From Candidatus Krumholzibacteriota bacterium (GTDB taxonomy: Bacteria > Krumholzibacteriota > Krumholzibacteriia > JAJRXK01), in assembly GCA_963727455.1 (NCBI GenBank), contig CAVSGG010000001.1:1-64000 (forward strand): a DNA stretch of 64,000 nt, written 5' to 3'. Of this stretch, positions 1 through 10,450 are shown piece by piece. The notes under the pieces were generated by a model. The model worked only from the letters and a program-made list of their open reading frames with translations, did not search any database and was not told the DNA's origin. The stretch's first letter is position 1. Each line of letters starts with the position of its first letter. The position numbers were made by a program, and so were the translations under genes.

Positions 1-114
1 ATCAGTTTGAAGAAAAGGGAGAGTGGACGGCGAAGGGGCACGCGTGTCTGCACGGACTCGACTCCTTGCTGCTTGTTTACGGGGAGGCTTATCCCGAAGG
101 GCGGCGTGATGCCG

Positions 115-165
115 TCAGCGGTATCGTGATTTCAGGGTCGACCAACTGCTCTGCCCGTTCGGAAT
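115..165 (-). other. C-terminal WxxxKxR[YF] tail, copy 1 (IPNGQSSWSTLKSRYR*)
   Basis: Aligns without gaps to the tails at 35031-35084 and 50196-50243. Confidence 0.65.
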
Positions 166-642
166 TGCCTCCGTCAGGGCGTAGGTGACGGATGGGCCAT
201 CGGTCATGGAAAGTTCCACCCTGTAGGTCCCCGGTGGGTCCGGATCGTAGCCAGTGTCATGGTTTATGAAAATCGATCCGCCATTCGGGAAGGGCTCGGT
301 CAAAGGCAAGTGATCACACCAGCTGATGCACTCCCCGGTGTCCACGTTCCAGAAACTCCAAAGGGGATACCAGTCGAAGAACAGATCCTCGGGGCCCGAA
401 TTGTGGACCGTGACATCGACGACTTCGCCGACCACGTAGCTCGGCTTATCGGTAGTCATCGTCACCTCCGCCAAAGCTACACAGGACAAGCAAAGAAGAA
501 GTATGACTGTGATCAGAGCCGCGGACCAATCGTGAAATGCATGACGCTCGACTCCAGAGTGCGTTGCCAAGATCGGACCCGGCGACGATGGCGCCGAGCT
601 GATGGACGCCACACTAACAATAACGTGAAGTTCGGTCCCCAC
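115..642 (-). CDS. Secreted Ig-like domain protein with C-terminal SWSTLKSRYR tail (start uncertain)
   Basis: Hydrophobic signal-like stretch ALITVILLLCLSCVALA, Ig-like segment TDKPSYVVGEVVDVTVHN...PPGTYRVEL, conserved-looking tail; true start is probably downstream of the ORF start. Confidence 0.7.
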   Translation of the reverse strand: MGTELHVIVSVASISSAPSSPGPILATHSGVERHAFHDWSAALITVILLLCLSCVALAEVTMTTDKPSYVVGEVVDVTVHNSGPEDLFFDWYPLWSFWNVDTGECISWCDHLPLTEPFPNGGSIFINHDTGYDPDPPGTYRVELSMTDGPSVTYALTEAIPNGQSSWSTLKSRYR

Positions 643-1051
643 CGGACACGCAATGTGTCCGTTCTGTCTCCGAAATTGTGCTTGTCGGGAAAACCGCAGA
701 ATTGGCTGTCGTGGTCACGGGATAAATCCGCCGGTCAGCCTGCGTCGTCTTGCCCTGCCCTTCATCCCAACCGCAAGTATCACATAGAATTGCCTAATTC
801 TACAGACCCTGGCCCGGATGCAGAAGCTCGGCTCGACCTTGCCAGGAACAACTTCGGAGACAGAACCAGGCAAAGGGCGGGCTGCCCATCTGGCCGGACA
901 TCCCTGCCATGCGCGAAACGTCCCGACCATGCGGCACAGGGTCAAAATTGTGCTCTCGCTCGAATTCTCAGCAGCAATGCCCGTTGCGCACGGTTGACCG
1001 CCCGCAGGAGATGGACCTAGTCTGGAAGGACTCGACACACTGGAAGGGCGC

Positions 1052-3969
1052 ATGCTCGGCGAGACGATCTCCCATTACCGCATCCTCGAGAAGCTCGGCC
1101 AGGGCGGGATGGGCGAAGTCTATTTGGCCGAGGACACGCGCTTCGGCCGCAAAGTCGCCCTGAAGTTCCTGGCTCCCGAACTCGCCCGCGATCACGAGTC
1201 GCTGGTGCGCTTTCGCAACGAGGCCCGGGCTGCGGCCAAACTCTCTCACCCCAACATCGCGACGCTGCACGACATTGGCGAAACGGACGGCAAGCCATTT
1301 CTCGTTCTCGAATATCTCAAGGGCCAGTCTCTGCGAGACCGTATCGCTCAGGGACCGCTGTCGATCGACGATGTGATCCGCATTGGCAAGGCGCTCGCCG
1401 CCGGTCTCGCGGAAGCCCACGCGCACGACATCGTCCACGCGACATCAAGAGCGCCAACGTGATGCTCACCCGCAAAGGTGAGGTGAAGATTCTCGACTTC
1501 GGTTTGGCCCGTCGGGAGAATGCGACGCAGATCACGCGCTCAGGCACGACCCTTGGAACCGTGGCCTACATGAGCCCGGAACAGATTCGAGGGGAAGCCG
1601 CCGACCAACGCAGTGACATCTGGAGTATGGGCGTGGTGTTGTACGAGTGTCTCACCGGAAGGCCGCCCTTCTTCGGCGAAGCCGGCGCCATCACTCACCA
1701 GATCCTCTCGGCTGAGGTGACTCCTCCCACTGCGCTGAGAACCGGGGTTCCGCTGGAGTTGGAGCGGGCGGTGCTGCGCTGTCTGGAAAAAGACGCCGCC
1801 CTACGATGCCAGCACGCGGACGATTTGTTGGCCGAGCTCAAGGTGTTGGAATCTCCCCCCCACCCAAAGTCCGGATCTGCCGCGCCGACTGCGAGCGGGA
1901 ATTTTTCGTCTGTGACCGCGCCGGGTAATACGCGCCGGGTACTTCTGCTTGCAGTTGTGCTGATCGCTGCCGCCACCTGGATTGGGCTGAAGTTGTGGGG
2001 TGCAGGAGAGCCCACCCCCACGCAGCCGCAGGGTGAACCCTCCGTGGCGGTGATCGACTTTCAGGACGCCCCGGGTGAGGACGGCCTCAGGACGGGAGCC
2101 ACGATGACGAGTCTGGTGCAGGGCGGTCTCATCGAAGCCAGTCCCTGTCGTGTCCTCACCCTCGAATACCTCAAGGATGTGCGTCGCCGCACATTGGGAA
2201 CGGCCACAGGACCCATCCAACCCGAAGAAGCCATGCGAATCGCTCGCGTCGCGGGGGCATCGATGTTGGTGATGGCCGAGGTCATCCGCAGCGGCGATGA
2301 GCTGGTCGTGAGTTGGAGGCTGATGGACACCGAGGGCACGGCTTTGGGAGCAGGTCGCAGTCAGTCGCCAGTACTGTTCGCGGCCGCCGACAGCGCGGTG
2401 TTCGGCATCGTCCCCGCACTGGCCCGCGCTTGCGGATCGAATGCTTCTCCGCGGGGTTCCGTGGCCGACCTCACGACGCACTCAGAGGAGGCCTACCGCC
2501 ACTACTCCCAGGGGATCGACGCCCTGGACAACGGACGGCGCACGGGCGCCAAGCAAGAGCTGCTCGAGGCGGTAGCCACGGATTCGACTTTCGCCCTGGC
2601 CTGGTTCGCCCTCGCGAGAACTTACGGGGGCACCAGTAGCGCATGGAGTGAAGATGACGGCCAGCTGGGCTGCGAAGCGGGGGAGCGGGCCTGGCGTCTT
2701 CGCTCGCGGCTCGGAGTCATGGAGCGCATGTTCCTCGAGGGTTGGCTTGCCCGCGATTGCGGACGTGCGATCGCCAGTGCGATCGCGACCTACCGAGAGA
2801 TACACGCGCGGTGGCCGGACAGTCGGGAGGCGACCTATGGCCTGGCTGAAATGCTGGCCTGGATCCATCTCAATGCGGACGCTGTGTCCGTCGCAGAGGA
2901 AGGGCTCCGACTGTATCCAGACGACCACAAGCTCAAGATCACCCTGGCGGGAGCGCTCTGCCAGAAGGGACGGCTCGAGGATTCACTCACTTTGAGCAAG
3001 CAGTTGGCGGCCGCCTATCCCGAGGATGCCACGAATTGGGAGACCATCGGTCGAATCAATCTCGGACTGGGGTTACCCGACGCAGCCGAGAAGGCCTTTC
3101 TGCGATCCGTCGAACTCGAAGCAGGATGGCCCGGCCAGAGAGAGTTCGTGTTGGCTACCTGTGCCGCTTACCGCGGCAACGTTGATCGGGCTCTCGTAGA
3201 GCTACGCGGCATTCCGATGGCTAATCTCACGAATTTTGAACGGTATTATCTGGGCACAAACCTCGCGATGCTCCTGGCGGCCAGCGGTCGACGGCGAGAT
3301 GCCTCCGCCGCATGGGAGGAAGCGTACCCACTGATGGTGAAGGACTTTCGTGCCAGGGTCTTCGTGATGGTCTACGACTCACCGCCGGAGGTTCTGCAAG
3401 GGGTATTCGAGGAATCCTTGAGGTCCATGCTGGAGAGTCTCGAACACCCATCATCTCGTCGGAAGCAGTTCTTTACTCGGTTGCAGATCGCCCGGCTCGA
3501 CTTGAATCTCGGTCGAGTTCCAGAGGCGGGAGAACAGATTGCGATCATCGTCCCGATGGTCGACGAGATCTTCGCCCCCAACGGCTACTGGTGGGCGTTT
3601 CTAGCCGAATTCGCGCTCGCCGAGGGGCGGGCGGAGGATGCGTTGGAATGCCTCGACAAGGCCACGGAACAGCTCGTCTATCCTGGCGACGAATACGATG
3701 TCACCCGGAGAGCGATGATCGCCCGAGCCCACACCATGCTGGGGCAGTTCGAGGAGTCGCGCCAAGTGCTCACCGGCCTGACGCACATCTACCCCTGGTA
3801 CTCCCCTGCGCTCTATGAACTCGGTCAGGTGTATGAGGACTTGGAACGCCCCGAGGATGCGGCAAAGTCCTACCTTGCATTTCTGGATGCCTGGTCAAAG
3901 GCTGACGAAAATCTGCCTCAGTTGAAGGACGCGAGGGCGCGGCTGGCGGCAATCCAGAGTGGTCCCTAG
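1052..3969 (+). pseudogene. Hanks-type Ser/Thr kinase-TM-TPR protein split by a 1-nt frameshift at ~1438 (pseudogene or sequencing error)
   Basis: LGQGGMGEVY, VALK, DFG and YMSPEQ motifs. The catalytic loop reads gtc cac gc gac atc aag agc gcc aac; adding one C restores VHRDIKSAN and joins ORFs 1052-1462 and 1459-3969. TM VLLLAVVLIAAATWIGL followed by TPR-like helices. Confidence 0.85.
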
Positions 3970-4348
3970 GAAACCTCGAGGTCTTTCGTCGAACGAGCAC
4001 TTCCGCTCCCCGACGCCCAGATCAAAACGTGATCGCCGTTGGCGCGTCCGTCGTCGAGCAGGATGCCCGGAAGGTGGCAGTGAATGTCGGCCATACTCAA
4101 GTCTAAGAAGATGGTGTTTTGCGCAGCTATCTTGCCGACCGACCCGGCCCACGAAGATGATTAGGAGAAGCCTCACCTGGGTTGTGGAAGTCATCCACCC
4201 GGGGTACCAGAGAGCATGATACGCTGCGGCAGGGCCGTGCGTTTAAGTTTCGGTACATCGTGGGGTTGAGGTCTCAGACGGATTGTCTTGGTCTTAGTAA
4301 GACAGTTTGTCTGAGAGAGGTGGCACCCCATGACACGAAGCCGAAAGC

Positions 4349-4810
4349 GTGGCCCCCACATCGCGGTTGGACGCGGAGCTAGCCGTGCAGAAGCTGCTCG
4401 AACGCCTGCGCGATGCCGCCGGCAAACTGTGTGAAGGCTCGCTCACGCCCCTTCTGACGCAATTGGTGGACGCGCGCAAGCTCAGAGCTCGGAGGAGATC
4501 CGTACCCTACGTGAACTGGTCGAAAACCTGGCTGACGAGGAGGAGTGATCGTGCACGCCCTATGGCTGCTCGTTTTGCTGCCGCTCATCGCCCCGCCCGT
4601 CTTCGAGTTCGGCCTGATGCCGCGATGGGAGTACGCGTCAATCCCCCAGGCACAGCGCTCTGCGGCCCGTAAGCTAGAGGCGCCGTTGCAGTCCGCCAGC
4701 TCGCAAGGAACGGAGGTCCTGGCCCAAGCGGTCGAGCAAAGCGTGCCACGAGGAAAGCTGGAGGAGAAGGGAACGATCTCAAACCTTCGAGACCTCGCCG
4801 CAGCGTACGC
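4349..4810 (+). pseudogene. Degraded BlaI/MecI/CopY repressor plus BlaR1 (M56) N-terminal remnant
   Basis: VQKLLERL...KLCEGSLTPLLTQLV followed by frameshifted EEIRTLRELVENLADEEE* (TGA 4546-4548), overlapping GTG 4545 of IVHALWLLVLLPLIAPP; no protease domain follows. Confidence 0.65.
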
Positions 4811-6106
4811 TCAACTCTCCTGCTGCTGGAATCCGCCCGCCAGTCGCTCGAAGAGGAACATCACCAGAATTCCCAGGAGCAGGTGCACCCCCAGAACCCA
4901 CCATACGTATTCCGGGTGACCCGCAGTATCGAAGTGCCCGTAGAGCGGGGTATAGAGAATTCCGCTGAAGGCACCGATCCCTACCGCGAGGAAGTTGGCC
5001 CCCATGTAAAGGCCGGCCTTCTCCTTGGGCGCGATCCAGATGATGTATTCCTGGATGCGCGGCGAGGCGATCATCTCTCCGACTGCGAAGAGAAAGATCC
5101 CCAAAAACACCAGTCCCGGTGCGCCCACGTGAGCCAGTCCCATGACCACGAATCCCATGGCCGCGACGAAGAGCCCGCTCAGAAAGGCGGGGATGGCGGA
5201 GAAACGCTCCACGAAGCGCGAAACGAACACCTGCAGGATCACGATGATGTAGCCGGTGTGCGAGATCGTCTCGCCCAGAAGCTTGCGGGTGCCATTTTCT
5301 TCGTGCGAGAAGAAGTTCGCGAAGCCGGCTCCGAAGACCGAACGTATCCCGTGATACAGGCTGGCGGTATCCAGATTGCTGTCCACGTAGAGGGCGCACA
5401 TGTTGAAGAAGGCCCAGAAGGGGATCCAGAAGAACACCCCCAGAAGCAGCAAGAAGAGGCTGAACTTCAGATCGCTGAGCGCGACGCCGATGTCCTGGAA
5501 CTTCTGCTTGAGCGAAGTTCCTTCGATTTCCCGCTCGGGCTCCTTGTAGAAAAAGATGGTGATGAAGAGCATCACCACGATGGCGGCCGCCGCCGCGTAG
5601 AACGCGTAGTTCCAGGAGATCGCGCGCAGCTTGCCGGCCACGATCGGGCCCAATGAGCCCCCGACGTTCACCATGGCGTAGAAGATCCCGAAGCCGAGCG
5701 TGCCGTTGGTACGATCCGTTGTCGCGCGCACCGTAGCCGAGACCAGCGGTTTGAAGATCCCCGCCGCCAAGCCCATGCTCAACATGGTCAGGGCGATCCC
5801 CGAGAAGGACTTGGTGAGGATCAAGAGCAGAATCGAGGGCAGGTAGGCAAGGTAGCTGACGATGAGAAGTTTCTTGAATCCGAAACGATCGGCGAAAGTC
5901 CCCGAGATGAGGGGGATGGTGTAGGACAGAAGCAGGAAGATCGTTTGCACGATCCCCAGCTGATCACGCGAGTAGCCCAGACTCGCCATGTAGATGCCGA
6001 AGCTGAAGTAAATTCCGTAGTAGGCGAAGCGCTCCAGAATCTCGATGACATTCGCCACCCAGAACACTCGCGGAAATGGTGTTCGGGACTGTCCTTGCGT
6101 CTGCAT
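4811..6106 (-). CDS. MFS transporter, POT/peptide-transporter-like
   Basis: EILERFAYYG (ExxERFxYYG) motif, GTFADRFG motif A, about 12 TM segments; GGAGG RBS before ATG 6106. Confidence 0.88.
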   Translation of the reverse strand: MQTQGQSRTPFPRVFWVANVIEILERFAYYGIYFSFGIYMASLGYSRDQLGIVQTIFLLLSYTIPLISGTFADRFGFKKLLIVSYLAYLPSILLLILTKSFSGIALTMLSMGLAAGIFKPLVSATVRATTDRTNGTLGFGIFYAMVNVGGSLGPIVAGKLRAISWNYAFYAAAAAIVVMLFITIFFYKEPEREIEGTSLKQKFQDIGVALSDLKFSLFLLLLGVFFWIPFWAFFNMCALYVDSNLDTASLYHGIRSVFGAGFANFFSHEENGTRKLLGETISHTGYIIVILQVFVSRFVERFSAIPAFLSGLFVAAMGFVVMGLAHVGAPGLVFLGIFLFAVGEMIASPRIQEYIIWIAPKEKAGLYMGANFLAVGIGAFSGILYTPLYGHFDTAGHPEYVWWVLGVHLLLGILVMFLFERLAGGFQQQES

Positions 6107-6300
6107 CGGTACCTCCAATGTGCCGGTGCGGTGGTTCGTAAGGTGCCCGAAGTGTAGCCAGCCGCCGCGAGGCAGTCGAGCACCAGAAACCGGCCAAGCT
6201 GCGCCGCGGGATCCCGGGATCGCAACTCCGTTGCCCCAGGAAAGGAAGTGTGCGACAGTTTTCGCGCCCGTTCCCCCAATTCTCGAATCTGGAGGCAGTG

Positions 6301-6861
6301 ATGCTGTTGATGTCCCTCTGGCTGCCCATCCTCCTTTCGGCCGTCGCCGTATTCCTCGTGAGCGCCATCATTCACATGGTGCTCCACTACCACGACCGCG
6401 ACTTCGCGGGGCTTCCCGACGAAGATGGGGTCATGGCCGCGTTGCGCCCGTTTCAGCTCGCCCCTGGCGAATACACCATGCCGCACTGCGCCAACGCGTC
6501 CCAGATGAAAGACCCCCAGTTTCAGGAGAAGTTGAACCAGGGTCCCGTCGCCATCTTGACCGTCATGCCCAACGGGCCCTTCAAGATGGGAGCCCAGCTC
6601 TTTCAATGGTTCCTCTATTGCGTGCTCGTGGGGATCTTCTGCGCCTACATCGTGGGGGGGCTCGCCCCGGCGGGGGCCGAGTATCGGCTCATCTTCCGCT
6701 ACGTGAGCGCCACCGCCTTCGTGGCTTACTCCCTGGCGTTGATCCAGAGCTCCATCTGGTACAAGCGCCGCTGGAGTGCCACCCTGAAGTCCATGCTGGA
6801 TGGACTCATCTACGGTTTGGTGACCGGCGGATTCTTCGGCTGGCTGTGGCCCGGAGCCTGA
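6301..6861 (+). CDS. Hypothetical integral membrane protein (about 4 TM)
   Basis: GGAGG RBS, four hydrophobic segments, GC3-rich codon usage. Confidence 0.75.
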   Translation: MLLMSLWLPILLSAVAVFLVSAIIHMVLHYHDRDFAGLPDEDGVMAALRPFQLAPGEYTMPHCANASQMKDPQFQEKLNQGPVAILTVMPNGPFKMGAQLFQWFLYCVLVGIFCAYIVGGLAPAGAEYRLIFRYVSATAFVAYSLALIQSSIWYKRRWSATLKSMLDGLIYGLVTGGFFGWLWPGA

Positions 6862-6999
6862 ACGCGCGTTCGTGAAATCGGGGGCCGAGCCGGTACAGCG
6901 CTCATCCGGCACTCCTTGTAACTCGGCTCCCGTCTCGCGCGTCGTGCACTTGAACCACTCGTTTGGAAGTTCTGGAACCCTCGGACACGCGAGGTTCTC

Positions 7000-8010
7000 A
7001 TGCGTACGTTCTCCCTCCTCTGTCTTTCGATCCTCTGCCTCACAGTTCCTCCCTCCTTCGCGGGCTCCCTGGATCTGGGAGTGAACCACACCGGTCTGAG
7101 CATCGGCAACTCGCCGCGCTGGAACGGCATCCGACTCAATGTTCGCGACGCAAACGTTGAAAGCGTGAACGGCATCAACTTCACCCTCTACAAGGCCAAG
7201 CATCCACAGCACAGTCGCATGAACGGTCTTCTCTTGGGAATCGTGGCTCCGGAAGCTCACGAAATGCACGGGGTCGCGATCGGTCTGGGCGGCGTGGGCG
7301 CGGATGAAATGCACGGCATCGCGCTGGGCGGCCTGGCGGCCGGGGCCGGGAACTCCTTCCGCGGCATCGCTGTCGGTGGGCTGGCCGTGGGGGCCGGGAA
7401 CGGCTTCAAGGGTCTCGGCGCGGCCCTGCTGGCCTCCGGGGCTGGCGATGGTGGGGCCGGAATTCTCGTCGGCGGTCTGGCGGCCGGCGCCGGGGAATCC
7501 TTCGACGGCGTCTTGGTAGGAGGCCTGGCTGCGGGCACCGGGCAGAGTTCGCGCGGTCTGCAGCTGGGCGGACTCGCGGCGGGCACCGGCGAGTCCTTCC
7601 AGGGCGTCCTGGTGGGCGGCCTCGCAGCCGGCACCGGCCAGGACTTTCGGGGATTGGGATTGGGCGGCCTCGCCGTCGGTGCCGGCGGGGACATGCGCGG
7701 GGTCGCGATCGGCGGCCTGGCCGCCGGCGCGGGCGAGGAGATGCACGGAGTGGCCATCGGTGGGTTGGGGGTCGGCTCCCCCGATTTCAAGGGCCTGGCG
7801 CTCGCTCTGGCCCACACCAAGAGCGAGCGCTTCGTAGGCTTAGCCGCGAGCGCTTACAACCGCCAGACCGAGATGGGGCGCGGGCTGTTCGTGGGCCTCT
7901 TAAACTATTGCGCGGAACTGCACGGAGTCCAGGTGGGTGTGCTAAACTATGCGGGCAACAACTCCGGATGGAAGAAGTGGTTGCCGCTCTTCAACGTCCA
8001 CTTTGACTGA
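7000..8010 (+). CDS. Secreted glycine-rich repeat protein (LA_2272-like, probable beta-solenoid)
   Basis: Signal peptide; about 11-12 copies of a 15-aa repeat resembling GVxVGGLAAGAGExF; ends GVQVGVLNY...LPLFNVHFD. Confidence 0.8.
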   Translation: MRTFSLLCLSILCLTVPPSFAGSLDLGVNHTGLSIGNSPRWNGIRLNVRDANVESVNGINFTLYKAKHPQHSRMNGLLLGIVAPEAHEMHGVAIGLGGVGADEMHGIALGGLAAGAGNSFRGIAVGGLAVGAGNGFKGLGAALLASGAGDGGAGILVGGLAAGAGESFDGVLVGGLAAGTGQSSRGLQLGGLAAGTGESFQGVLVGGLAAGTGQDFRGLGLGGLAVGAGGDMRGVAIGGLAAGAGEEMHGVAIGGLGVGSPDFKGLALALAHTKSERFVGLAASAYNRQTEMGRGLFVGLLNYCAELHGVQVGVLNYAGNNSGWKKWLPLFNVHFD

Positions 8011-8050
8011 ACCATCACACGGACGGCGGCTCCCTCTCTGAGAGGTCAAA

Positions 8051-8881
8051 ATGTCGCTTATCCGTTTTGCGAGAAAGGTGTTGCTGAGCAGCGATTCGCC
8101 GGCCTGCCTCTGGCGACATCCGCTACGCTCCGCGAAGCTGCTGCGATACGCGGGCGAAAATTCCCTCCTGTCACTGCGCAGCTTGGCCACTCGCCGGAAC
8201 GATCGGGAGTGTTCCGTATGTGACTGGAGAGGTCCCCTCCTGAAGCATTTCCTCTCCGCGGACGAGATCCAGCGCGATTGTATCTGTCCTTGCTGCGGTG
8301 CGTTCGCGAGGCACCGCGCTCTCGCGCTGTACGCGCGCGAGACTCCCGGCGAGCCACCACGCGGATCGAACTTCACCACCGTCACCATCTCCGGCGCTCC
8401 GCCCTTGCATGCCATCGTAGAGCGCGACTTTGGCGGTTGCCTGATCGCTTCCGACTTTGGCGACACAGAAAGCGCTGGAGGATTCAGACTCAGAGCGGAC
8501 CTGCGAAATCTACCACTTGCCAACGCTTGCGCGGACCTGGTCATCTGTCTGCACGTACTGGAGCACATCGCGGAGCTCGAGGCTTGCCTGGCACAGATCG
8601 AGCGGATTCTGAAACCAGCGGGGGTCGCATGGCTACAAGTCCCCTACGAGCCCGGGCAGGCAAGGAGCGTGCGCCTGGAGAGTTCCCCACTACGTGTCCA
8701 CGGTCACGCGTGGCGTTTCGGAATGGATATACAAACGCTGCTTAGCCGTCCCAGCTGGGAAGTCACCGAGTATCTGGTCTCCGAAAGATGGAGTTCCCGC
8801 GAAGTGGAGCGCTACGCACTGAATCCGCCGGAGCGCTTCTGGGTTGCACACAAGCGGACAAATCCCCAGGCTGCCCTGTGA
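8051..8881 (+). CDS. Class I SAM-dependent methyltransferase with N-terminal Cys cluster
   Basis: CSVC...CPCC, then ADLRNLP, DLVICLHVLEHI and RILKPAG methyltransferase-11 motifs. Confidence 0.75.
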   Translation: MSLIRFARKVLLSSDSPACLWRHPLRSAKLLRYAGENSLLSLRSLATRRNDRECSVCDWRGPLLKHFLSADEIQRDCICPCCGAFARHRALALYARETPGEPPRGSNFTTVTISGAPPLHAIVERDFGGCLIASDFGDTESAGGFRLRADLRNLPLANACADLVICLHVLEHIAELEACLAQIERILKPAGVAWLQVPYEPGQARSVRLESSPLRVHGHAWRFGMDIQTLLSRPSWEVTEYLVSERWSSREVERYALNPPERFWVAHKRTNPQAAL

Positions 8882-8883
8882 GA

Positions 8884-10119
8884 CTAGCGGTGGTGCAGCC
8901 TCCCGACCTTGCGGCGCGAATTTCCCTGTCGCCCCCCATGAGACGACCGCGGGCTCTCGAATGCTTCGTCCGCAGGAACGGTAAAACCCTCAACTTGTCG
9001 ACGAGGAATTGGCGCGCCGATCATGCGCTCAGTGGATCTCACCCAAGCGCGGTCGCCATTGGTCACGAATGTAAACGCCGCCCCTTCGTGCTCGCTGCGC
9101 CCGGTGCGCCCGATACGATGCGTATAGGCCTCGGGCGTATTTGGCACGTCATAGTTGATCACGTGGGAGACTCCACTGACGTCGAGTCCACGCGCCGCGA
9201 TGTCCGTTGCCACGAGTACATCGAATCGCCGACTTCGAAAACCCTTCATGGCCCGGTCTCGTTGTCCCTGGGACATCGACCCTTGAAGTCCAACCGCGCG
9301 ATGACCCGCTTTACTCAATTGTTCGGCTAGACGGCGAGCACGATGCTTCGTGCGCGTGAAGACGATCGCGGTGTTGCATTCGTCGCGTTGGAGAACGTGT
9401 TCTAGCAGTTCGCGCTTGCGTCTTTCCGCAACCAGATAGAGGGAGTGGTCGACGGTTGCAACCGGCGCAGCATTCGCCAATTCGATCACTTCGGGTTTGT
9501 GCAGAAGATTGTCGGCCAGATGTCTGATCTCTTCGGGCATGGTGGCTGAAAAGAGCAGGTTCTGCCTCTTTGCCGGTAGCGCCGCCAGGATCTTGCGTAT
9601 GTCCGGCAAGAAACCCAGATCGAACATGTGGTCGGCCTCGTCCAGCACCAGAGTTTCGATCCGGTCCAGCACGAGAAGTCGCTGGTGCAAGAGATCGAGA
9701 ATCCTCCCCGGACAACCCACCACGATCTCCGGTTTGTGCTTGAGGGCCTGCACCTGTTTGCGCTGGGAAACTCCGCCGTAGATGGTGACCACTTTCAGGC
9801 GAGTGAACGTGGCGAGCATTCGTATTTCCGCGCTGATCTGGTTTGCCAACTCCCGGGTGGGAGCGAGGACCAGGGCTCGGGGCGCCCGCCCTCGAGGCTG
9901 CATCAATTGCTGAAGCAAGGGAAGGGCGAAGGCCGCCGTTTTTCCGGTGCCGGTTTGGGCCAGGCCCAGAACGTCCCGACCGGCCAGTGCCGCAGGGAGG
10001 CTCTTCGACTGAATGGGACGGGGCCTTTGAAAGCCGGCGGCGTGAACTCCGCGAAGAAGCTCGCGGTGAAGTCCGAATTGGTCAAAACCAGCCCAGTTTG
10101 ATGATCTTGAATCCTTCAT
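8884..10119 (-). CDS. DEAD-box RNA helicase (RhlE-like)
   Basis: AQTGTGKT, PTRELA, DEAD, SAT, ARGLD and HRIGRTGR motifs. Confidence 0.93.
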   Translation of the reverse strand: MKDSRSSNWAGFDQFGLHRELLRGVHAAGFQRPRPIQSKSLPAALAGRDVLGLAQTGTGKTAAFALPLLQQLMQPRGRAPRALVLAPTRELANQISAEIRMLATFTRLKVVTIYGGVSQRKQVQALKHKPEIVVGCPGRILDLLHQRLLVLDRIETLVLDEADHMFDLGFLPDIRKILAALPAKRQNLLFSATMPEEIRHLADNLLHKPEVIELANAAPVATVDHSLYLVAERRKRELLEHVLQRDECNTAIVFTRTKHRARRLAEQLSKAGHRAVGLQGSMSQGQRDRAMKGFRSRRFDVLVATDIAARGLDVSGVSHVINYDVPNTPEAYTHRIGRTGRSEHEGAAFTFVTNGDRAWVRSTERMIGAPIPRRQVEGFTVPADEAFESPRSSHGGRQGNSRRKVGRLHHR

Positions 10120-10450
10120 GAATTGTCTATTCTCCGGCGCACACGCGCAAGAAATTGCCTGCGCGGCGTGGCCATGGGTTTCCAACCCAAACAACAGTAA
10201 TGGGCAAAAGGGAGTTTTGGCGGCGTGACTTCTTGGAAAGTCCTGTTGTTCGCCGCTGCCAGGCTGAAGCCTGGTCGAGAGATCAAGCTAGCACACTTGC
10301 GTGAATCGTGCCACCCGTCACCCTGCCATGCACAGAACGCAGAGGATGCCCATTACGAGAGCCGATGTTCGTCTGCCGCCCGCCGCTTGCACGCCCCGCA
10401 AGCAGAGGGTTACAATTAATGCCTCGGCTCAGCAGGAGCGGCATCCCACA

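Noticed and set aside
259-1020. 253-aa plus-strand ORF
   Set aside because: Overlaps the better supported minus-strand gene 115-642; Arg-rich with no motifs.
1425-1465. Programmed ribosomal frameshift in the kinase
   Set aside because: No slippery heptamer or obvious stimulatory structure; a one-base deletion explains it.
7255-7800. Periodic DNA repeat as CRISPR or VNTR
   Set aside because: In-frame coding repeat with third-position variation and no unique spacers.
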